This document shows, one piece after another, positions 36,770-47,067 of a DNA stretch of 64,000 nucleotides. Position 1 is the first letter of the stretch. Each line of letters begins with the position of its first letter. The position numbers and the translations under genes were made by a program. This DNA is from Candidatus Hydrogenedentota bacterium (GTDB lineage Bacteria; Hydrogenedentota; Hydrogenedentia; Hydrogenedentales; SLHB01), in the NCBI GenBank assembly GCA_045863335.1, contig BTVY01000033.1, positions 14,243 through 78,242 on the forward strand. The letters are read 5' to 3'. Below the pieces are notes generated by a model. It searched no databases, was not told where the DNA came from, and saw only the letters and a list, made by a program, of their open reading frames with translations.

Positions 36770-38173
36770 ATGGATGAGAACGCGTATCTGGCCGAGTTGT
36801 CGAAGAAGCCGTTGATAAGCCGAATCGGGGGGTACTTCCGGCTGAGCGGCCCTGGCTACATGCAAAGCGCGATGACCCTCGGCGCCGGTTCGATGGCATC
36901 GTGCGTCGTGCTCGGCTCCCTGCTCGGATACAAGTTGCTGTGGGTGCAGCCAATGGCGATTGTGCTGGGGGTATTCCTGCTGGGGGCCGTCGCCAAGCAG
37001 ACCTGCCACACGGGCGAGCGCACCTACGAGGTTTTCTGGAAGCGATTACACCCCGCCCTGGCGCTTCTCTGGGCCGCTTGCGCCATGGTCGCCACGGTTA
37101 TCTGGCATTTTCCCCAATACTCCCTGGCCGCGGACGGCATGGGTACCCTGGCCGGCGGGCTTGGCGTCTCGCTCGGCTCTACCGGCGCGCGTGCCGGGAT
37201 TGGCGCAGTATTGCTCATTGCCGCCACCGCTGTCGTTGCACTCTACGTCTCGGGTGCGCGCGGGCTGAAGGCCTACGAGACGGCCATCAAGATCCTTGTC
37301 TGGTCCATCGTCATCGCGTTCACCGTCGCCGCCTTCGCCACGGGATTCCAGTTCAAGCAATTCCTCCTCGGGATCACCGGCATCTCGTTTCTGCAGGATG
37401 TCCTCGCGGGGGGGTACGACCCACGCGCCACGAAACCCATTGTGGGAGGAATCGCCGCCGCCGTCGGCATCAACATGCTCTTTCTATATCCTTACTCGTT
37501 GCTCAACAAGAACTGGGGGAAAAACCACAAGGAACTCGCCTACTACGATCTCATCACCGGGATGCTCATTCCCTTCCTCTTCACGACGACTTTCGTCACC
37601 GCCGCTGTGGCAAATACCCTCGGCCCGGCGCCAGGTGAAGTTGCGGACGCGCCGGTTCGCGAGATCGTCGATGTCATCCCCGCGCTCAGCCAAACCTTCG
37701 GGGAAGGGTTTTCGCGAATCCTGATTGGATTCGGGATGCTGGCCATCGGATTCTCCACCATCATTACCCACATGCTCGCCTGCGGCTTTATCGGTTGCGA
37801 GATCTTCGGCTTCGACAACCGCGGCAAGGCGAAGTTCTGGTTTTCGCTGGTTCCCGCGATCGGGGTGCTCGGCGTTGGCATGAAATCGCCCTGGCTCGTG
37901 GCCATCACCGCTTCGAGTCTCGCTGCCCCGCTCATGCCCATCTCGGTGCTTTGCTTCCTGCTGCTGATGAACAACCGGGACTACATGGGCGACGCGACGC
38001 CGCGCGGCGGCAAGAAGCTCATGTGGAACGTCATGCTTTCGGCGTCGATTATTGTGCTTAGCATCGCCGGATACTTCGGCCTTGCCAAGAACTGGGAAGA
38101 CCTCAAGTCTCGTTTGTCCGAGCCTCCCGCGGAAACGGCGCTGCTCGTGGAAGCGGAAAGCACTTACGAGTAG
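36770..38173 (+). CDS. Nramp-like (APC fold) membrane transporter
   Basis: GPGYMQSAMTLGAG, GYKLLWV; ~11 TM helices; canonical DPGN motif absent, so substrate unknown. Confidence 0.7.
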   Translation: MDENAYLAELSKKPLISRIGGYFRLSGPGYMQSAMTLGAGSMASCVVLGSLLGYKLLWVQPMAIVLGVFLLGAVAKQTCHTGERTYEVFWKRLHPALALLWAACAMVATVIWHFPQYSLAADGMGTLAGGLGVSLGSTGARAGIGAVLLIAATAVVALYVSGARGLKAYETAIKILVWSIVIAFTVAAFATGFQFKQFLLGITGISFLQDVLAGGYDPRATKPIVGGIAAAVGINMLFLYPYSLLNKNWGKNHKELAYYDLITGMLIPFLFTTTFVTAAVANTLGPAPGEVADAPVREIVDVIPALSQTFGEGFSRILIGFGMLAIGFSTIITHMLACGFIGCEIFGFDNRGKAKFWFSLVPAIGVLGVGMKSPWLVAITASSLAAPLMPISVLCFLLLMNNRDYMGDATPRGGKKLMWNVMLSASIIVLSIAGYFGLAKNWEDLKSRLSEPPAETALLVEAESTYE

Positions 38174-38189
38174 CGGATTTTTGCAGAGA

Positions 38190-38222
38190 TGGAGAAGCGC
38201 GTATGCAGAACGCGCTTCTCCA
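38190..38222. terminator. Hairpin between convergent genes
   Basis: 13-bp stem TGGAGAAGCGCGT / ACGCGCTTCTCCA. Confidence 0.65.
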
Positions 38223-38233
38223 GTCTTGGTTGA

Positions 38234-40438
38234 TTAGTCCGCCTTCACCAGCACGGTGCGCGACTCGATGTGTCCGGCGAGATCTTCAGGGCGCCACCAG
38301 GTCGGTTGGAGTTGTCGCGGGCTGAAGGCCCTCTCCGCCTGGTCGCGGTAGTGGGGTGAATCGGGGCGGTCGCTCTGTCCGATTGGCACGTAAGTCCAGC
38401 TTCGGATCGGTTTGCTGAGGACGACGATCTGCGTGGAGGTCTGGCCGCTGCGTCCCCAGCGGGTGTGGTCAGGTCGCTCCCGTTCGTAGCCGACGTTGCG
38501 CAGCGTGGTCATACCGAGATACCCGTCGCCTCCGCCGCCGAGAGGCCAGGAAACATCGTCCCGACCGACGCGGAATACGTCGCCGTACGTCGCATCCGTC
38601 GAGCCTAGATCACTCTTGAGCTTACGCATGGCGTTGCCGAAAGACCGGCCTGCAGCGAGCAGTTGTTCTGAGGAGAGATCCAGGGCGGGCGTCGGTTTAC
38701 CCAATGGCGCGAGGTAATTGTCGATGTGTTCCGCCGCCTGCTCCATCACGTCGCGGCCATGATCGTCGACGAGTTGTTTGCGCCAGTAGTAGTATTTCAA
38801 CGCGCCCGTGGAATCCCGTGCCAGTTCCTGGTTCCAGTTCAGCAGGTCTTCGATGCTGTCGGCGTACTCCCTATCGGCGCGAAGCACCTCCCTGTGCGCT
38901 TCATCCGCGAGCCGCAGGACTTCGATCCACCGCTCGCACCCGTAGGGATGCACATCTACCGCGTACGCCAACGCCTCTTCCACCGTGACCGAGTCGTCCG
39001 CCTCCAACAACTGAACCGCGCGTGCGCCGCGCTGATTGGTCCACCCATCTCGTGGATTGCCATACCCGAGATCCGAGAAGAGGTAGGGAACCGATTCGCT
39101 CAGCTTGAAGGGGCTGTTGACCATCATGGCGTCCGGCGGAATGTTGCAATTCTGCATGTAGCCCTGCGGCGGGTTCAGCACTTGCAGGTGATCGCTTGCC
39201 GGATGGAAGCCCTGCCACTCCGTGAGCGTCGTACTGCCGCTGACGGGGCGCGACCAATCGAATTCACCGGGCCGTTTCGGGACGCGCCCGGTCCGTTGGT
39301 AATAAATGTTGCCTGACGTGTCAGCAACCATGACATTCTGCGGAAAAACTTGAAGGGTTGCGAGCGCCGCGACCGCGCCCTGGTAGTCCTTGCCGAAGTT
39401 CAACTCGTACCACGCTTCGTTTCCTGCTACCGCGTCGGCATAGGCCGATTTGAGCGCGTAGCCTTTTCCATTGCGGATGGCCACCACCGGACCGTGATGC
39501 GATTCCAGTATTGGCAAGGTTTGCGCGCCCGCGCCTTTCACATTCAGCGTGACCTCCCGTTCCTCTAACGCGCGCCACTCGCCGTCGTACAGGTACTCCT
39601 TCGGATTCTCGGCGTTTAGTGTCAGTTCGTAAACGTCCGCTGTATCCGGACCGCCCGTCGTCATGGCCCAGGCCAGGTTTTCGTTATGACCCAATCCGAT
39701 GTAAGGCTGGCCCGGCAACGAGAACCCGCTCCCGATCCACTTGCCCGCGTGGACGCGGAACTCCCAGAACCGCGACGCGCCGAACCAGCCGAGATGCGGG
39801 TCGATATACAGGATAGCCGCGTTCTCCGCGCTGCGTTCCGGCGCGACCGCAAACTGATTGGAGCCCCGTTCCACCCGGTCAAACCCCGGCTCCACGCCTG
39901 CCCGCTTCAGATCGGCAAACCCGTCGTCGAAGGACCAGGACTGCAGGAACAGCCTGCCGAAGGCCATGATCATGAACTCGTCGACCTCGTCGTGGTCCCA
40001 CCATTCCGGCACATCCTCGGGGTGCGCGGCATAGTAATCGTTGATGCCTTGTGCGAAGGCTTGCATGTGTTCGCGCACCTCCGGCCGCACCTGATCCGCG
40101 CCGCGCTTGGACCCTTCATACAACTCCCACAGATGGGCGACCTGGTCCGATTCAATCGCGCCTTCCCCTTCAACACTGGAGAGTTCACCCAGGCCGCGTT
40201 TCAGGTTCTTGAGCAATTCCGCCGGACGGTCCTCGGCTTGCGCCCAGCCCATGGCGTAAAGTCCGGCACGTTCTGTCGGGGCATAAATGTGCGGAATCCC
40301 CCAAGTGTCGCGATAGATCACCGTCTTTCCCGCGTCGTCACCGGCTCCCGGCAGTTCCGCCGCGACGGCGGCTACCATCGACACGATGGACAGAACGGTA
40401 AGTAAGTGCGTTCTTGAGGGCCGAACGGGTGCAATCAT
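38234..40438 (-). CDS. Penicillin acylase family (peptidase S45, Ntn hydrolase), exported
   Basis: RDTWGIPHIYA, GWAQAED, GSNQFAV (nucleophile Ser), DPHL; signal peptide. Confidence 0.92.
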   Translation of the reverse strand: MIAPVRPSRTHLLTVLSIVSMVAAVAAELPGAGDDAGKTVIYRDTWGIPHIYAPTERAGLYAMGWAQAEDRPAELLKNLKRGLGELSSVEGEGAIESDQVAHLWELYEGSKRGADQVRPEVREHMQAFAQGINDYYAAHPEDVPEWWDHDEVDEFMIMAFGRLFLQSWSFDDGFADLKRAGVEPGFDRVERGSNQFAVAPERSAENAAILYIDPHLGWFGASRFWEFRVHAGKWIGSGFSLPGQPYIGLGHNENLAWAMTTGGPDTADVYELTLNAENPKEYLYDGEWRALEEREVTLNVKGAGAQTLPILESHHGPVVAIRNGKGYALKSAYADAVAGNEAWYELNFGKDYQGAVAALATLQVFPQNVMVADTSGNIYYQRTGRVPKRPGEFDWSRPVSGSTTLTEWQGFHPASDHLQVLNPPQGYMQNCNIPPDAMMVNSPFKLSESVPYLFSDLGYGNPRDGWTNQRGARAVQLLEADDSVTVEEALAYAVDVHPYGCERWIEVLRLADEAHREVLRADREYADSIEDLLNWNQELARDSTGALKYYYWRKQLVDDHGRDVMEQAAEHIDNYLAPLGKPTPALDLSSEQLLAAGRSFGNAMRKLKSDLGSTDATYGDVFRVGRDDVSWPLGGGGDGYLGMTTLRNVGYERERPDHTRWGRSGQTSTQIVVLSKPIRSWTYVPIGQSDRPDSPHYRDQAERAFSPRQLQPTWWRPEDLAGHIESRTVLVKAD

Positions 40439-40693
40439 GGTACCTCTCCTCTCAGATTTCGCTGAAACCGCTCCTGGACCTCGGACTCGAAGATGCAGAG
40501 CGCGTACCACCCTAGCATTCGGCGAGGATTCGCGCCAACTTTTCCCTCGGCGATCGGGCGAAGTTTGACGCAACACGTTGCGCGATATAGAATTCCACCT
40601 TTAGTGCGTACAGTCGCACTAAAGGTCAACTTTGCTGTCTCACTCCCAAACGGGAAGATTCCGGCTAGCGAACCGGCCAAGGGCAGAGCCGAA

Positions 40694-43590
40694 ATGCATT
40701 TGCGCAGTTTGATTGCTTTGGGCATTGTCAGTTGTTTTTGCGCCTCCTTGGGGGCTGCTGAACAATATTCCTTCCGCGTCTATCGGTCCCCCCTTACCGT
40801 GGCCGATGACCGCATCACGGACCTCTACGAAGACCCCTCCGGCACGCTTTGGGTTGCGGTTTGGGGCAAAGGCGTCTGCCGTATCGATGGCACCGAATCG
40901 CGGACGTTCACCTCGGCAAACGGACTCCCAAGCGATTGGGTTCGTTGTTTTGCGCCCGACGCGGATGGCGGCCTTTGGGTGGGCGGCGCCGACGGTCTCG
41001 CGCATATCTTCGGAGATGCCATCCGCGCGTACACGACGGTCACGACACCGGCATTGCCGTCCAACTCGATCCGATGCTCTGCCGTGCTCCAGTCCGGGGT
41101 GATCTGTTTCGGCCTGGCGTCCGGTGGGGTGATGGCTCTCGGCGATCATCCGCTAGGTCTACCCGGCCACACCGGCGCTCCCGATGAATGGGTTTTCGTC
41201 GGCTACCCCGAAATCCCTTCGCCGGAAGGCGTCGACGACGTGATGCAGGCGGCGGATGGGAGCATCTGGCTTGCCATGCACGACGGCAGCGTATTCCAAT
41301 TCAACGAGGGCGTGTGGCGCGAACACGGCCCGGATCAGGGACTCACGGCTACGGTCAATTCCCTCTACCAGGATAGCGCCGGGCGAATCTGGGGTGCCGG
41401 CGGCGAAGTCCTGGCGCTGCACTCGGCCAACCGATGGGAAATCATCGACACCATTGCTCCCCCCGTTCGCGTCGTCGCCGAGTCGGAATCCGGCGATGTT
41501 CTCGTTGGAACGGATCGCGGCGTATGGGCACTTGACGCGGCTGGCTGGCGCAAATTGGATATGGGGCCGGACATCGGGGATCCCGAGGTTTCAGCGCTGC
41601 TTTGTGGGAATACGGGCACTCCCTGGGTCGGAACCCGCGAGGGCCTCGTGCGAGGAACGGTGCCAATCTGGGCGACACACGCGCGGACCGGCGACGGAGT
41701 ACCCATTCGGGCTACGCCGCTGTACGCGGATTTGGATGTTCCCCCGCTCAGTGCCGACAGCGAGGGAAACCTGATCCGTTTTGAGGATGGCCAGTGGTCG
41801 GCCACCGCGCCGGTGCAACACGATCGCTTTCGTCCCAAGTGGTTCTCCACCCCTCGCGAGGGTCTGATTTGGGCGCTTTGCGATCTGGATGCCATCAGTT
41901 TTCGTGTAGACACAGGCGACGTCGTCGAGGTTGCGCCAATCCCGCCGGGTATGCAGACCATCCGGGTGGAATGGGGCCTCGATAACAAACCCTGGCTCCT
42001 GGGCAGCGAGGGCGTCTTCATCCTCGACGGCGGCAAGTGGCAGCCCCTGCGGCGTCACGCCGACACCCGCGCGAGTTGGGCGTACGACATCGACATCGCC
42101 AACGACAGTACCGCCTACGTGTGCTATGAGTCGGGCATCAACATCTGGAAAGATGGGCAGGTCCGCCCCTCCGCCCCTTCGCGCATTTGCCGCAGGGTGG
42201 ACACTTCACGGCCGTTCGCTGCATGAGCGACGGAAAAGTCTGGTTTGGCACCTACGGCAATGGGATCGTCGTATACGACGGCAACGCGACGACCCACATC
42301 ACCCGTAGCAATGGCTTGGTCAGCGATCATGTCTCCCAAATCTTCGAGGCGTCCGATGGGACCGTCTGGGTGGCATACCGGCGCAAGGGTGTGTCGTCTT
42401 TCAAAGACGGGCGCTGGATCTACTTCGGACACCGCCATGGTCTTCCGAATGCATCGGGCGTGACCTTTGCCGAACATCCCGCCGGCACTATCTGGCTTGC
42501 TTCGGATCGCAGCGGGATTCTCCGCTATGCGCCCGAGCAATCTGCTCCGGACACGACAGTGACGGCTGCGACGGAGACCATCGCTGCGGGTGGTACGGGT
42601 ATTTTTTCTTTCAGCGGGACGGACGCGTGGCACCGCACGCTCCCCCGCGACATTGCCTATTCCTGGCGGGTCATTGCGCCATCCGGGCCGGAGACTCCTT
42701 GGGGGCCGGTCCAGACATCGAGTGTGGCCGTCGTCTCCGGTCTTCCCGCGGGCGAGTATCAGTTAGAAGTCCGTGCAACGGATGAGGACCGGAATTTCGA
42801 CGCCACCCCGTCGGTTTTCAGCGTGATCGTTGAACCTCCGTTCTATGCGCGGCTGGGATTCGTCATTCCCGTCAGCACCCTGATCGCACTCGTTCTGGCG
42901 TCGTTGATTTCCCTCTATCTTAAGCAGCGCCGGCTTCAGGATTCAGAACGCAGCCTGCGCAAGAGCGAAGCCAGCCTGGGTGAGGCCCAGCGAATCGCCC
43001 TCGTTGGCAACTGGGAGTGGAACGTCACACGCAATACGATGGTGTGCAGCCCGCAGGTGTCGAGGATTTTGGGATGGCCGTCAATTCGACGGACGCCTGC
43101 TGTGTCCGACATTCGGGACACCATTCACCCCGAGGACCTAACCACGTTGGATGACGCCGTTCGCGAGGCCCTGGCAACAGGCGCACCCCTTGATTTCGAC
43201 CACCGAATCCTCCGGCCCGACGGGGATGAACGGTTCATTCATCAACGCGGTGAATTGACGAAGGACAGTCTGACCGGCGACATCATCATACGTGGAATCT
43301 TGCAGGACATTACGGAGCGCAAACGGATCCAGACCGAGCGCGAACGGTTAATCGCAGAATTACGGGACGCGCTGACGCACATCAAGACCTTGCGGGGACT
43401 CATCCCCATCTGCTCATCCTGCAAACGCATACGCGACGACAGCGGATACTGGAATCAGTTGGAGACCTTCATCAAAGCGCGTTCCGAGGCCGAGTTCTCC
43501 CACGCGATCTGTCCCGATTGTGCGAAACAGATCTACGGCATCGACTACCTTGCGGACGATCCCGGCACAGACGAAGGAAAGGACACCTAG
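40694..43590 (+). pseudogene. Beta-propeller/Y_Y_Y/TM/PAS sensor split by a frameshift (ORFs 40694-42226 and 42187-43590)
   Basis: Propeller repeats (DxxGxLWV, NGLPS) continue across both ORFs; removing one copy of tandem TCCGCCCC (42162-42177) joins the frames. Confidence 0.8.
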
Positions 43591-44954
43591 TCCTTCGACG
43601 CCTCCACAACGAGCGACACGTGCTGAGGTTCGACACCGAGGTGTGTACTTGCTCCCGCGGGATTGTGCGCCACAATTGTGCCCGTCACGTCGTGGATCTG
43701 CGCCGCGCCCGCATCATTCCACGCCGCGATTGCGGGACGCGCCACCGCGTCGTAGACGCGGCAGTTTTCGAAATCAACGCCGCCCAGATTTTGCGTGATC
43801 TCCGGCCGCCGGAGATGCAGCAGAACCGGGACCCGTAGTCCGCCGTAGTCGCGAAACGCCGAGACCCAGGGTTGCGTCCAACTGCAGTTTACGAAGCGCA
43901 CCCGCGCGCCCTTAGCGGACTTGTCGAAAACCTTCGCGCCTTCCTTTCCGGTGTTCTCGGAGGTGCAGTTGATGAATTCGATGCTGCCCTGCGGACCGTT
44001 ATCGCCCACGGCGCCCACGCTCATGCCGGACCACCCGCGCTGGTTCATGTCCGTGAATTCATCCAGCGTCATGCCCGGAATTCCCATACGCGAATGGCAG
44101 TTCTCAAAGCGGATGGATACGGGTTCGCTCTCACTGGTGAGCGGTTTGAGATACACGAGGATCTGGTGGCCGCTGTTGTTCTCGAACACACAATTGCGGA
44201 TGACGCAGTTGACCAATCGCTCGTCTGCGCTATCCGGTTCTAGATCGATCCCGGCTTCCGGCGGGGTGCCGCTCGTGCCGGAGAATACGCAATTCTCCAC
44301 GAGCAGGTTTTGCGCGCTGATGACGCTCAGGCCTTGCCGGTGGTTGTCATGGCTGACGCAGTCGCGGATCGTGATGTCTTCGCTCCAACGGTTCGTGCCG
44401 CTGGAACCGACGTAGAATCCGTCGCCACCCGAACTCTCAACCCGAACACCCTCGATGGTGACGCGTTTGCACCCTGCGATAGCGATGCCCATCCGCCACT
44501 CCGCGCGTTCGTAGGCCTCGCTCTGATAGTCCGTTTTGCGCATGCGCAACGTAGCGCCGTACCCGCGGATCGTGATGTCCGTCATGTCCGTCGCGCGAAA
44601 CAGCGAGTCGCCGCGTCCGTGGAATTCGTCCTTCTTCGCGAGGACCAGCACGCCCGGCTCGAAGAGTAGTTCCAAGTTACTACGCAGGGTGATCGGCCTG
44701 ACGATCCACGGTCGCCCCATGTACGGAATCGTCACCGTTGCCGCGCCCGAATCGATGGCAGACTGAATGGCCTCGGTCGAATCCTCGGGATGGAATCCCC
44801 ACCACGCCGCGTTGGCGTCGGTTCGCGAACCGGCAGCGACCGCCTCGATCGCCTCGGGATTCGGTGCGTTCGCGACCGTTTCCGCGACACTCGGGAGGAA
44901 GGCCGCGAAACACAGCGTTGCGGCCAGGAAAGGGACAGACGTTCGTAGATGCAT
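43587..44954 (-). CDS. Exported right-handed parallel beta-helix protein (pectin lyase-like fold)
   Basis: DSTEAIQSAIDSG, SGGDGFYV, NHRQGLSVIS, GIDLEP; signal peptide. Confidence 0.82.
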   Translation of the reverse strand: MHLRTSVPFLAATLCFAAFLPSVAETVANAPNPEAIEAVAAGSRTDANAAWWGFHPEDSTEAIQSAIDSGAATVTIPYMGRPWIVRPITLRSNLELLFEPGVLVLAKKDEFHGRGDSLFRATDMTDITIRGYGATLRMRKTDYQSEAYERAEWRMGIAIAGCKRVTIEGVRVESSGGDGFYVGSSGTNRWSEDITIRDCVSHDNHRQGLSVISAQNLLVENCVFSGTSGTPPEAGIDLEPDSADERLVNCVIRNCVFENNSGHQILVYLKPLTSESEPVSIRFENCHSRMGIPGMTLDEFTDMNQRGWSGMSVGAVGDNGPQGSIEFINCTSENTGKEGAKVFDKSAKGARVRFVNCSWTQPWVSAFRDYGGLRVPVLLHLRRPEITQNLGGVDFENCRVYDAVARPAIAAWNDAGAAQIHDVTGTIVAHNPAGASTHLGVEPQHVSLVVEASKD

Positions 44955-45040
44955 CGTGATTCTCCGCTGAATGATCCTGTGATGGAAAACCCAGTATGGT
45001 TGAATCGCGATAGGCGTGCAATTTGGGGTCTGATTCGCCG

Positions 45041-46942
45041 CTACTCGGGCACGTATGCCGAGCAGAATTCCCGCAGTTGCGGTATGTCGAAGTGTTCCAT
45101 GATTCCGAACGTGAACAGCGCCGGTTTGTCGTCGTAGCGAATCTCCTGGTCCAGACATTCCTTCAGCGATTCGAGACCGCCGGAGGTGCGAACTTCGAGG
45201 ATCGCGTCTCCCATGATGCCGCCCGCGATCAGCGCAACCACGCTCGCGTTGGCTCCTTCCGAACGGATGTGCAACGGCACATCGCTGTATTCGTTCGATG
45301 CGGCCTCGATGACCGCAGTCATTTGTTTGACTTGCTCGCCCAGGAGCCGTTCTCCGGTGGCGTCTATCATCATCGCGGACTGGGACTGCCGGCCTCCGCC
45401 CGGTGCGCATTCACCGAAGTACAGCAGGTCGATGGCGATCACTCGCTGCCCGGCACCCACCAACGAAATCGCCGTTTCACTCATGGAGGATTTGCCTTCG
45501 TCCGCAACCAGAATTGTCGTGGCCGTCGCGGCCGGGTCGTCGGTTTCGAATAGGGCGAAGGGTACCGTCCATTCTTTCAGCTTCAATTGTCCTCGCACAC
45601 GGGAAACGCCCTCGCTGACCGCTTCATCGATGGGTTCAACGGTGCCCGACGTGGGTCTCCACCGAACGGTTTCGGTAAGTACGCGACGCGTGTCGGCCGG
45701 CTCCTGGGACAGGGGCGCCGGGAGGTTCTCCATCGTCTTTCGCGCCAGCGAGTGAAAGGTCTCGTTTCCTTCAGGCATGCCGGCGGCGAGTTCTTGGAGT
45801 GTGCGCACCTCGCCCTCGTACGCGGGTTCCTCGTCCGGCCAGTCGAAGCCCCATTGTTCACTCAGGAACCGGTATAAGGCAAGACGGTTGTCCAAGTCAT
45901 AATTATGGGTGCCCGGGTCGACGTTTTCGTGACGATGGAAACGATCTCCCGCGCCATACAACGCGTAGAAGGGCGCGATAGGTTCGTACACGTTTGGCCA
46001 CACGCGGTCGGATTGAAAACAGCAATCGTCCTTGATGTTGTAAATCAACAAGGCAGGCCGTGGCGCGAGCATGGCGGTCAAATGCGTGTAGTCCGCTACT
46101 TTCAGGAGATCGACCGGTATCTGTTCGAGATCGCCGATATCCTGGCTGTGGTCGGCCCGGACCGCGAGCCCTACATATCCCGCGTTCGGTGCGGTTGCGC
46201 GGATGCGCGTATCGAGCGAACTCAGGATGATCGTCTGCCAACCGCCTCCCGATAGTCCCGTCATGGCGATCCGCTCTGGATCGACCGACGGATGCTCCAG
46301 CAAAACGTCCAGTCCTCGTTTCATGGCCTGGTAGAAGATCGAAAGACCGCTCACGCCGCATTGGTTCAGGTAGGCCGAATCGTTGTGACGAAATCCGGGA
46401 TCGGCAAGTTCGCCGAAGAACAACCATTCGGGGTGCAGGACGACCGCGCCGCGTTTCGCGAGCGTGATGCATCGTGCTTGTATGAACTCCACACTCTTTC
46501 CCGGATCGCCGACATGGCCGTTCACACTGAGCAGGGCCGGTGCTTTCTCGGCGAGGTTCTCCGGCTCGTAGAGCATCGCGGGAATCCACATGCCCGGCAC
46601 GGCCTGGTATCGGAGCTTGCGAATGCGATACCCCTTGTCCGTCTCGATGGTGTCGGCCCATTCGACCTGGACCGGCCCCTCGTACCATTCCTTCGGCACG
46701 CCGCGATACACGATGTCGGCCAACATTCGTTCGCGCAAGGCCGCCTGAGTCTCGTCCCATTCTTCGGCGCTCGCGGGGACCTGTACTGGCGGAACGCGAT
46801 TGACCACGAAGTCGCGGATCTCCCGATCGGTCGTGCCGCTTTCCAACACAGGCGTTTGCAGCCAGTCGGTAACCAGGATCTGGGCGGAATCCGTCAACGG
46901 CGCACCCGAGGTAATGACAATGAACATGAGCGATGTCAGCAT
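45041..46942 (-). CDS. Alpha/beta hydrolase, acetylxylan esterase-like
   Basis: VNGH, RIAMTGLSGGG nucleophile elbow, APRP; second degenerate hydrolase domain. Confidence 0.78.
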   Translation of the reverse strand: MLTSLMFIVITSGAPLTDSAQILVTDWLQTPVLESGTTDREIRDFVVNRVPPVQVPASAEEWDETQAALRERMLADIVYRGVPKEWYEGPVQVEWADTIETDKGYRIRKLRYQAVPGMWIPAMLYEPENLAEKAPALLSVNGHVGDPGKSVEFIQARCITLAKRGAVVLHPEWLFFGELADPGFRHNDSAYLNQCGVSGLSIFYQAMKRGLDVLLEHPSVDPERIAMTGLSGGGWQTIILSSLDTRIRATAPNAGYVGLAVRADHSQDIGDLEQIPVDLLKVADYTHLTAMLAPRPALLIYNIKDDCCFQSDRVWPNVYEPIAPFYALYGAGDRFHRHENVDPGTHNYDLDNRLALYRFLSEQWGFDWPDEEPAYEGEVRTLQELAAGMPEGNETFHSLARKTMENLPAPLSQEPADTRRVLTETVRWRPTSGTVEPIDEAVSEGVSRVRGQLKLKEWTVPFALFETDDPAATATTILVADEGKSSMSETAISLVGAGQRVIAIDLLYFGECAPGGGRQSQSAMMIDATGERLLGEQVKQMTAVIEAASNEYSDVPLHIRSEGANASVVALIAGGIMGDAILEVRTSGGLESLKECLDQEIRYDDKPALFTFGIMEHFDIPQLREFCSAYVPE

Positions 46943-47067
46943 GGCGCACAGCCTCCCTGTCAGCAAGGCCACTACTATAGCGGAATCCAACCGAAGGCGT
47001 AAGGAACTTTCCGTGGGTGCTTTTTGTGGTACCATAATCGCCGCTCAAGGTAGGGAGTAATCGCAGC

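Noticed and set aside
44955-45410. N-terminal extension of the beta-helix ORF
   Set aside because: Overlaps the esterase gene; ATG 44954 with GGAG precedes a signal peptide.
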